A DNA stretch of 64,000 bases from a virus. Taxonomy: Duplodnaviria; Caudoviricetes. Within the stretch, counting starts at the first letter, position 1. Each line of letters starts with the position of its first letter. The stretch lies in the IMG/VR virus record IMGVR_UViG_3300042554_001750; one strand, 5' to 3'. Made by a program: the position numbers and the translations under genes. The notes beneath the pieces were generated by a model. It searched no databases and was not told the DNA's origin. It saw only the letters and a list, made by a program, of their open reading frames with translations. Below, in pieces: positions 18,252 to 26,884 of this stretch.

Positions 18252-19589
18252 TTATTTGTCATCCCTAAAACGAACGAACCTTGGGAAACGCAAGCTATAT
18301 GTACCGTCTTGATTCTGCGTGATTACATCACAAAGGATTTCAACTGTACGACCAATAACCATATTGCGATCATTCCAAAAATTATCTCGGTCATCGTCAC
18401 TAAAGCCAGACCCCACATTGACACTGATTTCTTTACCATCATCTACTCCTTCACAAACAAGAGCACCAAGCCGACCTTCATTGCGACCAGTTCCTTCTTC
18501 AAGGTCAACCACAGTCAAGTCAACAGTAATAGTGGGCTTCCACTTCATCCAGAATGTGTTTCGCTTGCACTCGTAAGGAGCATTTACATCCTTAATCATA
18601 ATGCCTTCAAAGCCCGCGTTGACTTGATCCTTAGCATACCGGTTTAGTACATCACGACCTTCTGCGGTATCAAGGTCAACCATGATATGTGGCAACAGTT
18701 CAACATTGGGCATATTATCAACAACATGCCGCATGTTTTCAAGAATTACAACACGCTTACTCAATTGTGCGTTCCAATGTCCACGACGGAAATCTTCAAG
18801 TGGAACAACATCAAAGATGTTGAATACACTATCATCGGCTTGAACATTTTCCTTACGCCGTGCTTGTCGCATAAGTTCTTGGAATGTATTACCGATCACT
18901 TCACCATCAAGTACAAAACCATTTATTAGTGACATTGCTTTAGCCTTGCCAACCAACATAGTAAAGTTATCACGGATTTGATTTTCAATGTGCGTGAAGT
19001 TCTCAAACACCTTGCCATTGCGGCTAAGACTGATAACAGATACCTCTCCATCATCGGCAGGGATAACCATCATCAACACACGCACACCATCCAATTTAGG
19101 TTCAAGTCGCTTGATGCCCTTCATTTCGGGACGACCTTCACTATTGGTAGCAAGTTGACAACCGAATACAGGAATCTCGTACTCAGTCTTTTTACAGATT
19201 TTATTGATAGTCTTGTCTGAAATGCCTGCCCGCATATCACGGCGAATCACAGGAGCGCAAAAATGATTCCACTCATCGCTATCAAAACGGTATGACATTT
19301 CTTCAATAGCATCACGGGCGGCATTGCCAGTTAGTTGGCGTTTGCTAAGTTTAATCAGCAACTCGTTAAATTCTTGCCACGGATTCTCAGCATTGGTAAT
19401 GCAAAAAGTATCAGGCACTTGCCGCACATTGAAAGTTACGAAGGGATTGTAACAAGCCTTGAGCAGACCCAAAAAGATTTGAGCATTGGTGCTGCCTAGG
19501 ACACTTGCCTCAAGGGCTTGCTTAATTACATCTTCTTTGTGAAGGCGACTATCACTCTCGTTTAGTTTATGAATCCAACTTGCTGACAT
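18252..19589 (-). CDS. lig: ATP-dependent DNA ligase
   Basis: EPKLDGVR (motif I), LDGEV, IFDVV, EGIMIK, WMKWK, LRFPRFVRFRDDK. Confidence 0.95.
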   Translation of the reverse strand: MSASWIHKLNESDSRLHKEDVIKQALEASVLGSTNAQIFLGLLKACYNPFVTFNVRQVPDTFCITNAENPWQEFNELLIKLSKRQLTGNAARDAIEEMSYRFDSDEWNHFCAPVIRRDMRAGISDKTINKICKKTEYEIPVFGCQLATNSEGRPEMKGIKRLEPKLDGVRVLMMVIPADDGEVSVISLSRNGKVFENFTHIENQIRDNFTMLVGKAKAMSLINGFVLDGEVIGNTFQELMRQARRKENVQADDSVFNIFDVVPLEDFRRGHWNAQLSKRVVILENMRHVVDNMPNVELLPHIMVDLDTAEGRDVLNRYAKDQVNAGFEGIMIKDVNAPYECKRNTFWMKWKPTITVDLTVVDLEEGTGRNEGRLGALVCEGVDDGKEISVNVGSGFSDDDRDNFWNDRNMVIGRTVEILCDVITQNQDGTYSLRFPRFVRFRDDK

Positions 19590-19596
19590 TATTTTC

Positions 19597-20103
19597 TCAC
19601 TTAAAAGGCCAAGAACTATTGGGATTTAGTTTCGGGCGAGACTCCAATTTGATATTTTCTTCAATGACTTCATTATACTCATCACCGTTTATAATGTCAA
19701 CCGTGACGGGTCCGATAATTTCTACATAATCTTCCTCTACCATCCAATCACTAAAATCGTATAGCCAGGCTGCCCCTACTCGTTCAAACTCGTCATCAGG
19801 ATCTCCGTTATACCATTTATCTTCAATATCTGCTTTTTCCTCGTCAGTCAATTCGTCATCAAATTCAAAATCAATACTGATACTGTCATCAAGTTCACAA
19901 CCCCAACCCAGTCCCGGATCACAGATTACCCATTTATCTTCAAGATAAACAGGTTCATCAAACTCACGGAAACCTTGCCCCCAGCGATAAAGTTCACGCA
20001 CTACAAAACCGCGGGCGTTGCCCCTTTCATCAGTTTTGTAGGCAGCATAAACGGCTGTAATAGATTTTTTATCTACGGGCTTGATGCGGTATAGTTTACC
20101 CAT
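19597..20103 (-). CDS. acidic hypothetical protein
   Basis: ORF track; ends in NPNSSWPFK. Confidence 0.7.
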   Translation of the reverse strand: MGKLYRIKPVDKKSITAVYAAYKTDERGNARGFVVRELYRWGQGFREFDEPVYLEDKWVICDPGLGWGCELDDSISIDFEFDDELTDEEKADIEDKWYNGDPDDEFERVGAAWLYDFSDWMVEEDYVEIIGPVTVDIINGDEYNEVIEENIKLESRPKLNPNSSWPFK

Positions 20104-20287
20104 TATTATCTTTCTTATACTCAGCCGCGTCCCAAATTAAAAACATACCGATCACTACCCAAAGAACGGCCAAACCTGTTTGACCAGTTAAATAGTAATT
20201 AAGTGCGGCAAGCAAATTAAGCCCGCCAATAGTATAACCAACTGCCTTACGCTTGCTACCAAGCCATTCAAGAAATTTACCAAACAT
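20096..20287 (-). CDS. small two-TM membrane protein
   Basis: hydrophobic helices; SD. Confidence 0.65.
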   Translation of the reverse strand: MFGKFLEWLGSKRKAVGYTIGGLNLLAALNYYLTGQTGLAVLWVVIGMFLIWDAAEYKKDNNG

Positions 20288-20297
20288 AATTTTTCCT

Positions 20298-20693
20298 TTA
20301 CCAACTAGAATTATAAAACACTTTTCGCTTTAGAAACAATTCTGCCTTGGCATCAACACAGAATTGTAGGTCTTGCTCATAGTAAACATCATCGCTGGGA
20401 TTACCAAAAAAGAATCCTTGCGTGTGTAGTTTGGCTACTACACCTGATTTAATATCTTTCTCAAGCCTATCAACATCTTCCCAGGTTAGTTCAAGTTCAA
20501 TGCCATTGAACCCACCGTCCCAATCAGCCATTTCAGGAGGCACACCATTGGTTTTCAGTTTTTCAAACCACAGTTGTTCCATCCAACCTTGCAGATTAGG
20601 ATGCTTACGCCAGTAACTAATCTCCTGACGGCTATCATCATCGTAATCAGTACCAGCCTTACTGGCAATGTATGCGTATTGATCAAGTCCCAT
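20298..20693 (-). CDS. conserved phage hypothetical protein
   Basis: MGLDQYAY..YWRKHPNLQGWM..FYNSSW. Confidence 0.75.
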   Translation of the reverse strand: MGLDQYAYIASKAGTDYDDDSRQEISYWRKHPNLQGWMEQLWFEKLKTNGVPPEMADWDGGFNGIELELTWEDVDRLEKDIKSGVVAKLHTQGFFFGNPSDDVYYEQDLQFCVDAKAELFLKRKVFYNSSW

Positions 20694-20696
20694 AAC

Positions 20697-20906
20697 TCAG
20701 ATACCCTTTTTGATTTTGCCAATCACTAGTTCAGCCAGATCAGTTTCCATCTTAGTGTCATAATGACTGGCTAACATCATGTTCACTACAGTAACAGCAT
20801 CAGCGCCGTACATTGCTACAATTTGTCTAATCTTTTCAGGATCGTGGGTTGTATATAGCAACATAGCAATGTACTGTTGAAGTTCATTTGCCAGTTGAAT
20901 ATGCAT
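20697..20906 (-). CDS. hypothetical protein
   Basis: ORF track; TAATG coupling. Confidence 0.55.
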   Translation of the reverse strand: MHIQLANELQQYIAMLLYTTHDPEKIRQIVAMYGADAVTVVNMMLASHYDTKMETDLAELVIGKIKKGI

Positions 20907-21541
20907 TAGATAACCTTGACACGGTTGAGTTGGGTGCTGTTGTCACGGTGCGCCTTGACAGTGCCTTCAGCAATAATCAATTTTCCGATAGCGATAGGTT
21001 GCTTATAAGCAAAGAATACAGCCTGATCATCAGTAGTGACACCGCTAATAAAATGTGTCATCCATTGCTGACTGAAAGTGCAACGAACAACCTCAACAGT
21101 AACCTTAACCTTGTCACCGGGACGACCAATAAAACCACCTGAGGCATTCTCAAGTTTACGATTTATAGTGTCACGCTGGACTGCCCGTTCATAGCAACTA
21201 GGTAGACTTGCGATCACCGCAACATCGTAGGAGTTTTCAATAACATCACGGTTAGCAATCACCATTGCGGTGTTGTCAAAATCGTTCAACTTCTTGCCTT
21301 GAAGAATCTTAAAGGTAAGACCCTTGTAATACTTACGAACTAGTTCGCCTTGCTCTCGGTCAGCTTGTGTGATAAGGTCTGTGTTAGCAAGGAAGTTATC
21401 AATGATCTGCCGATTGGTCTCGCCGGTTTTGCCTTCCTCGATATACTTAAGGTAAGAACCGTTAATGCGTTGTGCCGCACATGCCGCAGACCAAACATCG
21501 TCGGCTTGAAGATTGAGAACTGGACGTTGATAGCGAGCCAT
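20906..21541 (-). CDS. hypothetical protein with C-terminal OB-fold-like region
   Basis: GDKVKVTVEVV..GTVKAH..TQLNRVK. Confidence 0.65.
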   Translation of the reverse strand: MARYQRPVLNLQADDVWSAACAAQRINGSYLKYIEEGKTGETNRQIIDNFLANTDLITQADREQGELVRKYYKGLTFKILQGKKLNDFDNTAMVIANRDVIENSYDVAVIASLPSCYERAVQRDTINRKLENASGGFIGRPGDKVKVTVEVVRCTFSQQWMTHFISGVTTDDQAVFFAYKQPIAIGKLIIAEGTVKAHRDNSTQLNRVKVI

Positions 21542-21551
21542 TTAATGGTCC

Positions 21552-21836
21552 TTACTTAACTTTGATGACGATACCCTTGTTCTTAAATACAGCCCAACGT
21601 TTTGCGGCTTCAAGGGGTGCATAATCACTGCCGCCGCGACTGCGATAAGTTGGTCGGGCACGAATTTGCAATTCAGTCAGTCGGACCCATTCTTCTTTAC
21701 GGAAGAGTTTACCCGCCAATATTTGTGCTACTGCTCCGCCTTCACCGCTACGGTCAAGGTCCTTCCCGCCGAGCCTTGCTCCGGGGCGGTTTTGAACAAT
21801 AACAAACAATGCATCGTTATCAGTACTCTTAGTCAT
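21552..21836 (-). CDS. hypothetical early protein
   Basis: GGAG SD; behind early promoter. Confidence 0.6.
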   Translation of the reverse strand: MTKSTDNDALFVIVQNRPGARLGGKDLDRSGEGGAVAQILAGKLFRKEEWVRLTELQIRARPTYRSRGGSDYAPLEAAKRWAVFKNKGIVIKVK

Positions 21837-21866
21837 TTCTATCTCCGTTGTTTCAGACTATACCTT

Positions 21867-21897
21867 ATTATATGACAATTTGGATTTATTGTCAACC
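21867..21897 (-). promoter_or_regulatory. sigma70-type early promoter
   Basis: TTGACA (21890-21895), 17 nt, TATAAT (21867-21872). Confidence 0.9.
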
Positions 21898-22128
21898 AAT
21901 TACAACTACACGGGGGAACTCGGCACGGTCCATGAAGTGTTCACCCTGCAAAGGAGCCGTGAAGTAGTCAGTCTTAAACTTCTGATCCTCAGAACCTTGC
22001 CAAACACGCTTGATAAACTGAGCACGGAAAGTGCCGTCAGACTCAAACACGCCCACGACCTTACCGACCATGAAGCAGTCATCAATACCGACGAAATCAA
22101 AAGACTTGACAATATCACCAACTTGCAT
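21892..22128 (-). CDS. SH3-like early protein
   Basis: MQVGDIVKSFDF; GGAG SD. Confidence 0.7.
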   Translation of the reverse strand: MQVGDIVKSFDFVGIDDCFMVGKVVGVFESDGTFRAQFIKRVWQGSEDQKFKTDYFTAPLQGEHFMDRAEFPRVVVIG

Positions 22129-22161
22129 TGTTTGCTCCGTTATCTAACTGTCTATGTGACT

Positions 22162-22192
22162 ATTATAGACCCAAACCCATTTATTGTCAACC
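22162..22192 (-). promoter_or_regulatory. sigma70-type early promoter
   Basis: TTGACA (22185-22190), 17 nt, TATAAT (22162-22167). Confidence 0.9.
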
Positions 22193-22208
22193 TTTTCCGT
22201 ACCCGTGG

Positions 22209-22231
22209 AAAAGCCCCTTTCGGGGCATTTT
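22209..22231 (-). terminator. intrinsic terminator
   Basis: GCCCC-GAAA-GGGGC then TTTT. Confidence 0.85.
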
Positions 22232-22236
22232 ATGTA

Positions 22237-22506
22237 TTACTTTTTGTTGGTTTGATTAACAAAAGCATACATCTTTTCGGCGGTTTCCAAAACTTTGTCT
22301 AGACCTGGAAACTCTGGCATAGAAACTGTACTAACAAGTTGTCCACTTTTTTCATCACGCTTGGCGCTCATTTCCCAACCGTGAAACTTCATACTGTATT
22401 CGCTTTGAACCATGTCCTTAGCCATTGCTAGGATATCGGCACGAATCTCGTAACCGTTCTTATTGAACTTGACTTCTGGCAGTCCGGGTAGCTTATTTTC
22501 ACTCAT
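22237..22506 (-). CDS. conserved T4-like phage hypothetical protein
   Basis: KNGYEIRADILAMAKD..AEKMYAFV; AAGGAG SD. Confidence 0.75.
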   Translation of the reverse strand: MSENKLPGLPEVKFNKNGYEIRADILAMAKDMVQSEYSMKFHGWEMSAKRDEKSGQLVSTVSMPEFPGLDKVLETAEKMYAFVNQTNKK

Positions 22507-22535
22507 GTACTTCTCCTTTGTGTGTATGTGTGATA

Positions 22536-22664
22536 TTACTTCTTTTCTTGTTCTTTGTCAACAGGTTGATTAAATTTTTCTGGGTAATTTAACCTTTCCC
22601 ATTCTTCATCACTAACTGGCCACCAATTAGTAATACTTGTTTTGATTTGAGTTGCGATATTCAT
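22536..22664 (-). CDS. 42-aa small protein (not in ORF track)
   Basis: MNIATQIKTSITNWWPVSDEEWERLNYPEKFNQPVDKEQEKK; GGAGG SD. Confidence 0.5.
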   Translation of the reverse strand: MNIATQIKTSITNWWPVSDEEWERLNYPEKFNQPVDKEQEKK

Positions 22665-22719
22665 TTATAGCCTCCGCCCATGCAACAAGGAAGTCATAAA
22701 ATCCTTTTAAAAATTTCAT
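22627..22719 (-). CDS. 30-aa small protein (not in ORF track)
   Basis: MKFLKGFYDFLVAWAEAINEYRNSNQNKYY; AAGGAA SD; ATGA overlap with upstream gene. Confidence 0.55.
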   Translation of the reverse strand: MKFLKGFYDFLVAWAEAINEYRNSNQNKYY

Positions 22720-22910
22720 AAAAAATTCCTTTCTTGTTTTCTTTGAAAATCAATCGCATATCTTTCAACATCACCTGGAGTTTGTGGATTACGGTTGATA
22801 ATATAATTTTCTAATTCTTTTCCATATGTTGTTTCTCTAAACATACCTACCATGCTTATGAAAATTCCAGCCAAGGCAAGTACTATAGAAACTACTAAAG
22901 CACCTAACAT
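22716..22910 (-). CDS. small membrane protein
   Basis: MLGALVVSIVLALAG TM helix. Confidence 0.6.
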   Translation of the reverse strand: MLGALVVSIVLALAGIFISMVGMFRETTYGKELENYIINRNPQTPGDVERYAIDFQRKQERNFL

Positions 22911-22911
22911 T

Positions 22912-23181
22912 TTATTTTCCCTTCTTTTTGCTAATAGCAGGAACAAAGGAATTGAAGCTATTGGTCATCTCATCAAAGAATTCTTTGCTTGCAAAGATCA
23001 TTCCCAATGATGTGGCTGCAGTTGTTCCTGCTGATATCGCAGATTTTGTATATGAGGTTTGTGTGTCAACGAATTGATTTAACGCTCTTGCGATGCCTTC
23101 GTGTGAAACAAAGGTGTTGACAAAATTCTTTTTGGATGTTTGAACCGCATCAATGGCGGCATCTGTAAATGTGTTAAACAT
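22912..23181 (-). CDS. amphipathic helical protein (phasin-like, tentative)
   Basis: MFNTFTDAAIDAVQTSKKNFVNTFV; AAGGAG SD; ATAAATA upstream. Confidence 0.6.
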   Translation of the reverse strand: MFNTFTDAAIDAVQTSKKNFVNTFVSHEGIARALNQFVDTQTSYTKSAISAGTTAATSLGMIFASKEFFDEMTNSFNSFVPAISKKKGK

Positions 23182-23266
23182 GTGTGTCTCCTTGTGTGTA
23201 TGTGTTTTAACATTAGTATTTATACTAATATATTGACGCAAAATATTTAGATATAAAAAGTGGGGA

Positions 23267-23527
23267 CTAGCCCCACTTTTCTTCATACCTCTTTAGTGCC
23301 ATTTGTCTTGCAAACCAAAGTCTGAATTTTACATAGTCACTAAGTTCTTCGTCATCATCAACAGGAATAAATCTGAAATCCTGAGGTCTTCTAGAATAAC
23401 CAACATAAATGTCGTCATCGTAAACTTCTATTTCTACTGGATCATATCCCTGAAGTAATAATGTGAACCGATGAGGATTACTTCTTAGGAGCCTCGGCTT
23501 TAGGGGCTTCCTTTTTAGCAGGCTCAC
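23267..23527 (-). CDS. hypothetical protein
   Basis: ORF track. Confidence 0.55.
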   Translation of the reverse strand: MSLLKRKPLKPRLLRSNPHRFTLLLQGYDPVEIEVYDDDIYVGYSRRPQDFRFIPVDDDEELSDYVKFRLWFARQMALKRYEEKWG

Positions 23528-23708
23528 TTTTGGTGGCGTCAGCAGGCTTGGCTTCTTCCTTCTTCTTAGCCAACTTCATTTCAGGCTTCTTTTCTTCAGC
23601 CTTGGCAGGAGCTGCGGCTGCAGGCTTAACTTCTTCTTTCTTTGCAGGTTCTGCGGCAAAAGCAGAAACAGCGAAAAGACCAGCGATCATAGTTGCGATA
23701 AGTTTCAT
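23478..23708 (-). CDS. secreted Ala/Lys/Glu/Pro-rich low-complexity protein
   Basis: signal peptide MKLIATMIAGLFAVSAFA|AEP; AAGGAA SD. Confidence 0.75.
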   Translation of the reverse strand: MKLIATMIAGLFAVSAFAAEPAKKEEVKPAAAAPAKAEEKKPEMKLAKKKEEAKPADATKSEPAKKEAPKAEAPKK

Positions 23709-23815
23709 GTTAATTTCCTTTTTAAAAACACAGAACATAATTGTTACTGTGTACATATATAACGCTTGAACTATCAAACCAGTTTACAACTAATTACCCA
23801 AATACTAAATACTCT

Positions 23816-24304
23816 ATGATTTATATTTCTTATCTAGGTGTTTACGACGGACAAAACTTTGAGAAGGCTAATACGCCTAATCAGATCGGTACAGCGATTA
23901 CCTCAGGATTCTCTTGTATGATAAATGTTTGGAGAATTGGCGGCAATGTTTGTGTGGGTACTCAAAACAATCCTATCGTAGTGCCCGAACGGTCTATACA
24001 AGGCCCCAGGTATATTATAAATGCTATGAATACAGATATGCAGAATTGGCTACAAACACAGCCTAGTAAATTGTATCCATCATATTTTTGGTTCCCTACC
24101 GCAATGGAGAACACAAATGTTGTTACTAGTAACAACAAGATTATAACCCCGGGTACAGTCCCAGTCAATAATACCAGTATTATGTTCTTACCTGAAATAA
24201 CTGATCGTGGATTGTTAAGTACCGTAAAGTTGCGTTGTTTCGGGGTTATCAGTAACTATCTGACTTTCATCAAACGAATGCGTAATGAAGGTACTTGGTA
24301 CTAA
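23816..24304 (+). CDS. degenerate GDPD/PI-PLC-like phage protein
   Basis: MIYISYLG..ANTP..AITSGFSCMINVW aligns by eye with the AHRG..ENT..A..G.D..E.DV pattern, catalytic residues replaced. Confidence 0.55.
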   Translation: MIYISYLGVYDGQNFEKANTPNQIGTAITSGFSCMINVWRIGGNVCVGTQNNPIVVPERSIQGPRYIINAMNTDMQNWLQTQPSKLYPSYFWFPTAMENTNVVTSNNKIITPGTVPVNNTSIMFLPEITDRGLLSTVKLRCFGVISNYLTFIKRMRNEGTWY

Positions 24305-24462
24305 CCGCCCCTACCACTTCTTCTAACTACAGTTGCACCTCCAAAGCCTTTATTAGGTTTCGGTGCTTTACTTTGTTTTTGGTTATTGAATGGATTAGCA
24401 TTCTTTTTTGCGGCATTGGCCATATTAATGAATGGGTTTTTGCTTTTCTTTTCTTCTGTCAT
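24301..24462 (-). CDS. 53-aa basic protein (not in ORF track)
   Basis: MTEEKKSKNPFINMANAAKK..VVRRSGRGG; ATGA overlap with upstream gene. Confidence 0.65.
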   Translation of the reverse strand: MTEEKKSKNPFINMANAAKKNANPFNNQKQSKAPKPNKGFGGATVVRRSGRGG

Positions 24463-24863
24463 CTTCTTTCCTTTACTGAATCTAAGTATTCATGGATCGT
24501 TCCGTATAATTTAACTAGCATAGAAGTTTTGCTGTCATACAGTCTTATATAAGCTGATTTGTTTCCGTTGTCTAATTTTTTAACTCCCAAATAATAAGGA
24601 CATTTCAACTTTCTTGTAAGTTCAGCAAGCACAATATAATAACTTTTTTTGTCCTGTCTAAAGTCGTGGTCATAGTATTCAATATTAGCCAACTCAAAAG
24701 CAACAACGCCTTCGTCTGTTAAACGAAGGCCTTCTTGTCTGCCCGTAAACCAAAGCTTAAATATTACTTGGTCAATTGGTAATTCATGGTAAATGCTGGG
24801 ATGATGAATCTCAGAAAGTATTGCCTCTGTGATTTGTTGCTTGATTGATTTAGGATTGCTCAT
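24459..24863 (-). CDS. hypothetical protein
   Basis: ORF track; operon packing. Confidence 0.65.
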   Translation of the reverse strand: MSNPKSIKQQITEAILSEIHHPSIYHELPIDQVIFKLWFTGRQEGLRLTDEGVVAFELANIEYYDHDFRQDKKSYYIVLAELTRKLKCPYYLGVKKLDNGNKSAYIRLYDSKTSMLVKLYGTIHEYLDSVKERR

Positions 24864-25149
24864 CGGGGTAAACTGTAGTACCCGTGTTCATAAAGACTAC
24901 AGCAAATTTATTTGTTTTAAACTGTGCGTTTAATTTCCTACATAAATTTCTAGCATGTCCAGGATTACTAAAGCTAGTCTTTTTATACTTAGGTGTGCTT
25001 TCATTATCTAAGTAATGTTGACTTTTTAGATTAATAGGCTGGCCATCGTAGAATACTGCCCAAATGCCAGAAGCTTCAACAATCTGATCACATTTGTAAG
25101 TTTTCTTATCTACGATTTCAAGCAAAACCTTTGGTTGCGTCCTACTCAT
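24850..25149 (-). CDS. conserved phage hypothetical protein
   Basis: KYKKTSFSNPGHARNL. Confidence 0.7.
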   Translation of the reverse strand: MSRTQPKVLLEIVDKKTYKCDQIVEASGIWAVFYDGQPINLKSQHYLDNESTPKYKKTSFSNPGHARNLCRKLNAQFKTNKFAVVFMNTGTTVYPDEQS

Positions 25150-25352
25150 CTAAAAGTGCCACCCTTCAATTCAATTTTAATAACAGGTTCTTCAACGGGT
25201 TTCTTTTCCTGAGACTGTGTGTAACAGTCTGCTAATATTTTAGTCAGTTCGTCCCTCAACCCTCTGGCTTCAGAGATGGGAATAACGAAATCTTTACTTT
25301 GTTTACTTTCTAATAATGAAACCCGATCTATGAACCTTTTAATGTATATCAT
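25146..25352 (-). CDS. hypothetical protein
   Basis: ORF track; ends in KGGTF. Confidence 0.65.
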   Translation of the reverse strand: MIYIKRFIDRVSLLESKQSKDFVIPISEARGLRDELTKILADCYTQSQEKKPVEEPVIKIELKGGTFR

Positions 25353-25804
25353 AGACTATTTATCATAGCGTTTGCTTCGGTTTCAGATTTGTAGGGACCG
25401 ATATAGGGATATCTTTGTATAAAGATGTATTTTGGACAAAAAATGACTTGATTTTGTCCATTTTGATTGATTACATAATATCCGGCTGCGTAATAACACT
25501 TACTTTTTTGCGTTTTTGTATACAAATGCAGTTTGCGCTTAACATCAAACATGCTATTGTATACCTTTGCTGTAGTTGGATAAATCGCAAAAGGTAACTG
25601 TATTTTAGTCTTGTTTGTTTTTAAAGTTTGAAATTCAATTTTAGTTTTGCGTCTAAGGTCAGATGTATTTTTGTAGTGAACATTTGTTCCGTTTAGCTTT
25701 ACATTGAACCCGGACCCCTCAGCAATTACATTACCGACCTTTTTATCTCCGTCGGTAACTACCCAATATTGATCTTTAACAATAGGTTTGGCTGTCAATG
25801 TCAT
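25349..25804 (-). CDS. hypothetical protein
   Basis: HLYTKTQKSKCYYAAGYY..FCPKYIFIQRY. Confidence 0.7.
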   Translation of the reverse strand: MTLTAKPIVKDQYWVVTDGDKKVGNVIAEGSGFNVKLNGTNVHYKNTSDLRRKTKIEFQTLKTNKTKIQLPFAIYPTTAKVYNSMFDVKRKLHLYTKTQKSKCYYAAGYYVINQNGQNQVIFCPKYIFIQRYPYIGPYKSETEANAMINSL

Positions 25805-25988
25805 TTTTTATCTCCATATATGGTGCAATATTATTATCAAAAATTTGTGCCATAGTTTGCCACAAACCTTTTCGTTCTTTATCTGTCATGCCCGCCACCC
25901 ACGGCGGATCGTCATCACTGCGGGTAAGTCCGTAGTCATGACGGTAAGTATAACACATATTTGTAATTATTTCATCCCTTGTTTTCAT
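25776..25988 (-). CDS. hypothetical protein
   Basis: ORF track. Confidence 0.6.
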   Translation of the reverse strand: MKTRDEIITNMCYTYRHDYGLTRSDDDPPWVAGMTDKERKGLWQTMAQIFDNNIAPYMEIKNDIDSQTYC

Positions 25989-26433
25989 CTTTTGTCAATT
26001 CACAAACAAGTAAGAAATGTTCATAGGCTTTCTTCACACTAGGATTAGTCATAAGTTTTTCTGCCTCTGTAATCATTGCCCTTACACCTGCGTCAACATG
26101 GTCACGTGTGCTACCATAGGTCAATGAACATAGTTCATCGCCCATTTCTTTAGCAAGTTTTTTCCATGCTTTATGTTGTGCTTCGGTAATTGGCTTACGC
26201 ATGGGGCGAGCCTCACTAGCTTTAACCATAGCACTACAAATAGCATCCTCAGCAACACGACCCGCGGCAATTAATGGTGCATATTCAATTTCAACATTGT
26301 AGCGAGTGCTTTGTCCGCCGGGATAAACCATAACTAGATGAGCACCTTTGGGCATGGCATCCATGAGTGTTTGGTCATACTCATAGACGGGCTTGTAACG
26401 CCGACCAACCTTTTCATAGAAAATCTTTTTCAT
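25972..26433 (-). CDS. hypothetical protein
   Basis: MKKIFYEKVGRRYKPV. Confidence 0.7.
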   Translation of the reverse strand: MKKIFYEKVGRRYKPVYEYDQTLMDAMPKGAHLVMVYPGGQSTRYNVEIEYAPLIAAGRVAEDAICSAMVKASEARPMRKPITEAQHKAWKKLAKEMGDELCSLTYGSTRDHVDAGVRAMITEAEKLMTNPSVKKAYEHFLLVCELTKDENKG

Positions 26434-26657
26434 TTTGAAAATTCTTCCCAAAACAATTCATTATCTCTAACTGTTGCTACAGGCTTTAACCAGCCATAGT
26501 TAATGCATTCTTGAATAATTGATCTATATTCTTTTGGACAACTATTACTAATTTCAAACCCTGCTCTAGGCGCCGTGACCATACCATCAGTTAACATCCA
26601 TTTGGAATCGCCTTGCTTGACAGTACGCAATGATGTTTGCCTAGTAGTGAAACTCAT
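26430..26657 (-). CDS. hypothetical protein
   Basis: ORF track; ATGA coupling. Confidence 0.65.
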   Translation of the reverse strand: MSFTTRQTSLRTVKQGDSKWMLTDGMVTAPRAGFEISNSCPKEYRSIIQECINYGWLKPVATVRDNELFWEEFSK

Positions 26658-26884
26658 TTTTTCAATTCTTCAAACACAAGTTGTTTTGCCTTATGCACAA
26701 GCATTTCTTCTTCTTTTTCTAGTATGTGAGGAGCCATCATTGTGACATATTCTAATACTGCTTGTTGGCCTTTTTCGGTTAGTTTATTATACTTGGAATC
26801 AATGGTACTAACATAATAAAGGTCTTTATCCTGTAGTATTTCCATCACGCCTGCACTAAACTGTTTCTTAAGCAGGTTGTCCAT
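26654..26884 (-). CDS. hypothetical protein
   Basis: start moved to MDNLLKK. Confidence 0.6.
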   Translation of the reverse strand: MDNLLKKQFSAGVMEILQDKDLYYVSTIDSKYNKLTEKGQQAVLEYVTMMAPHILEKEEEMLVHKAKQLVFEELKK

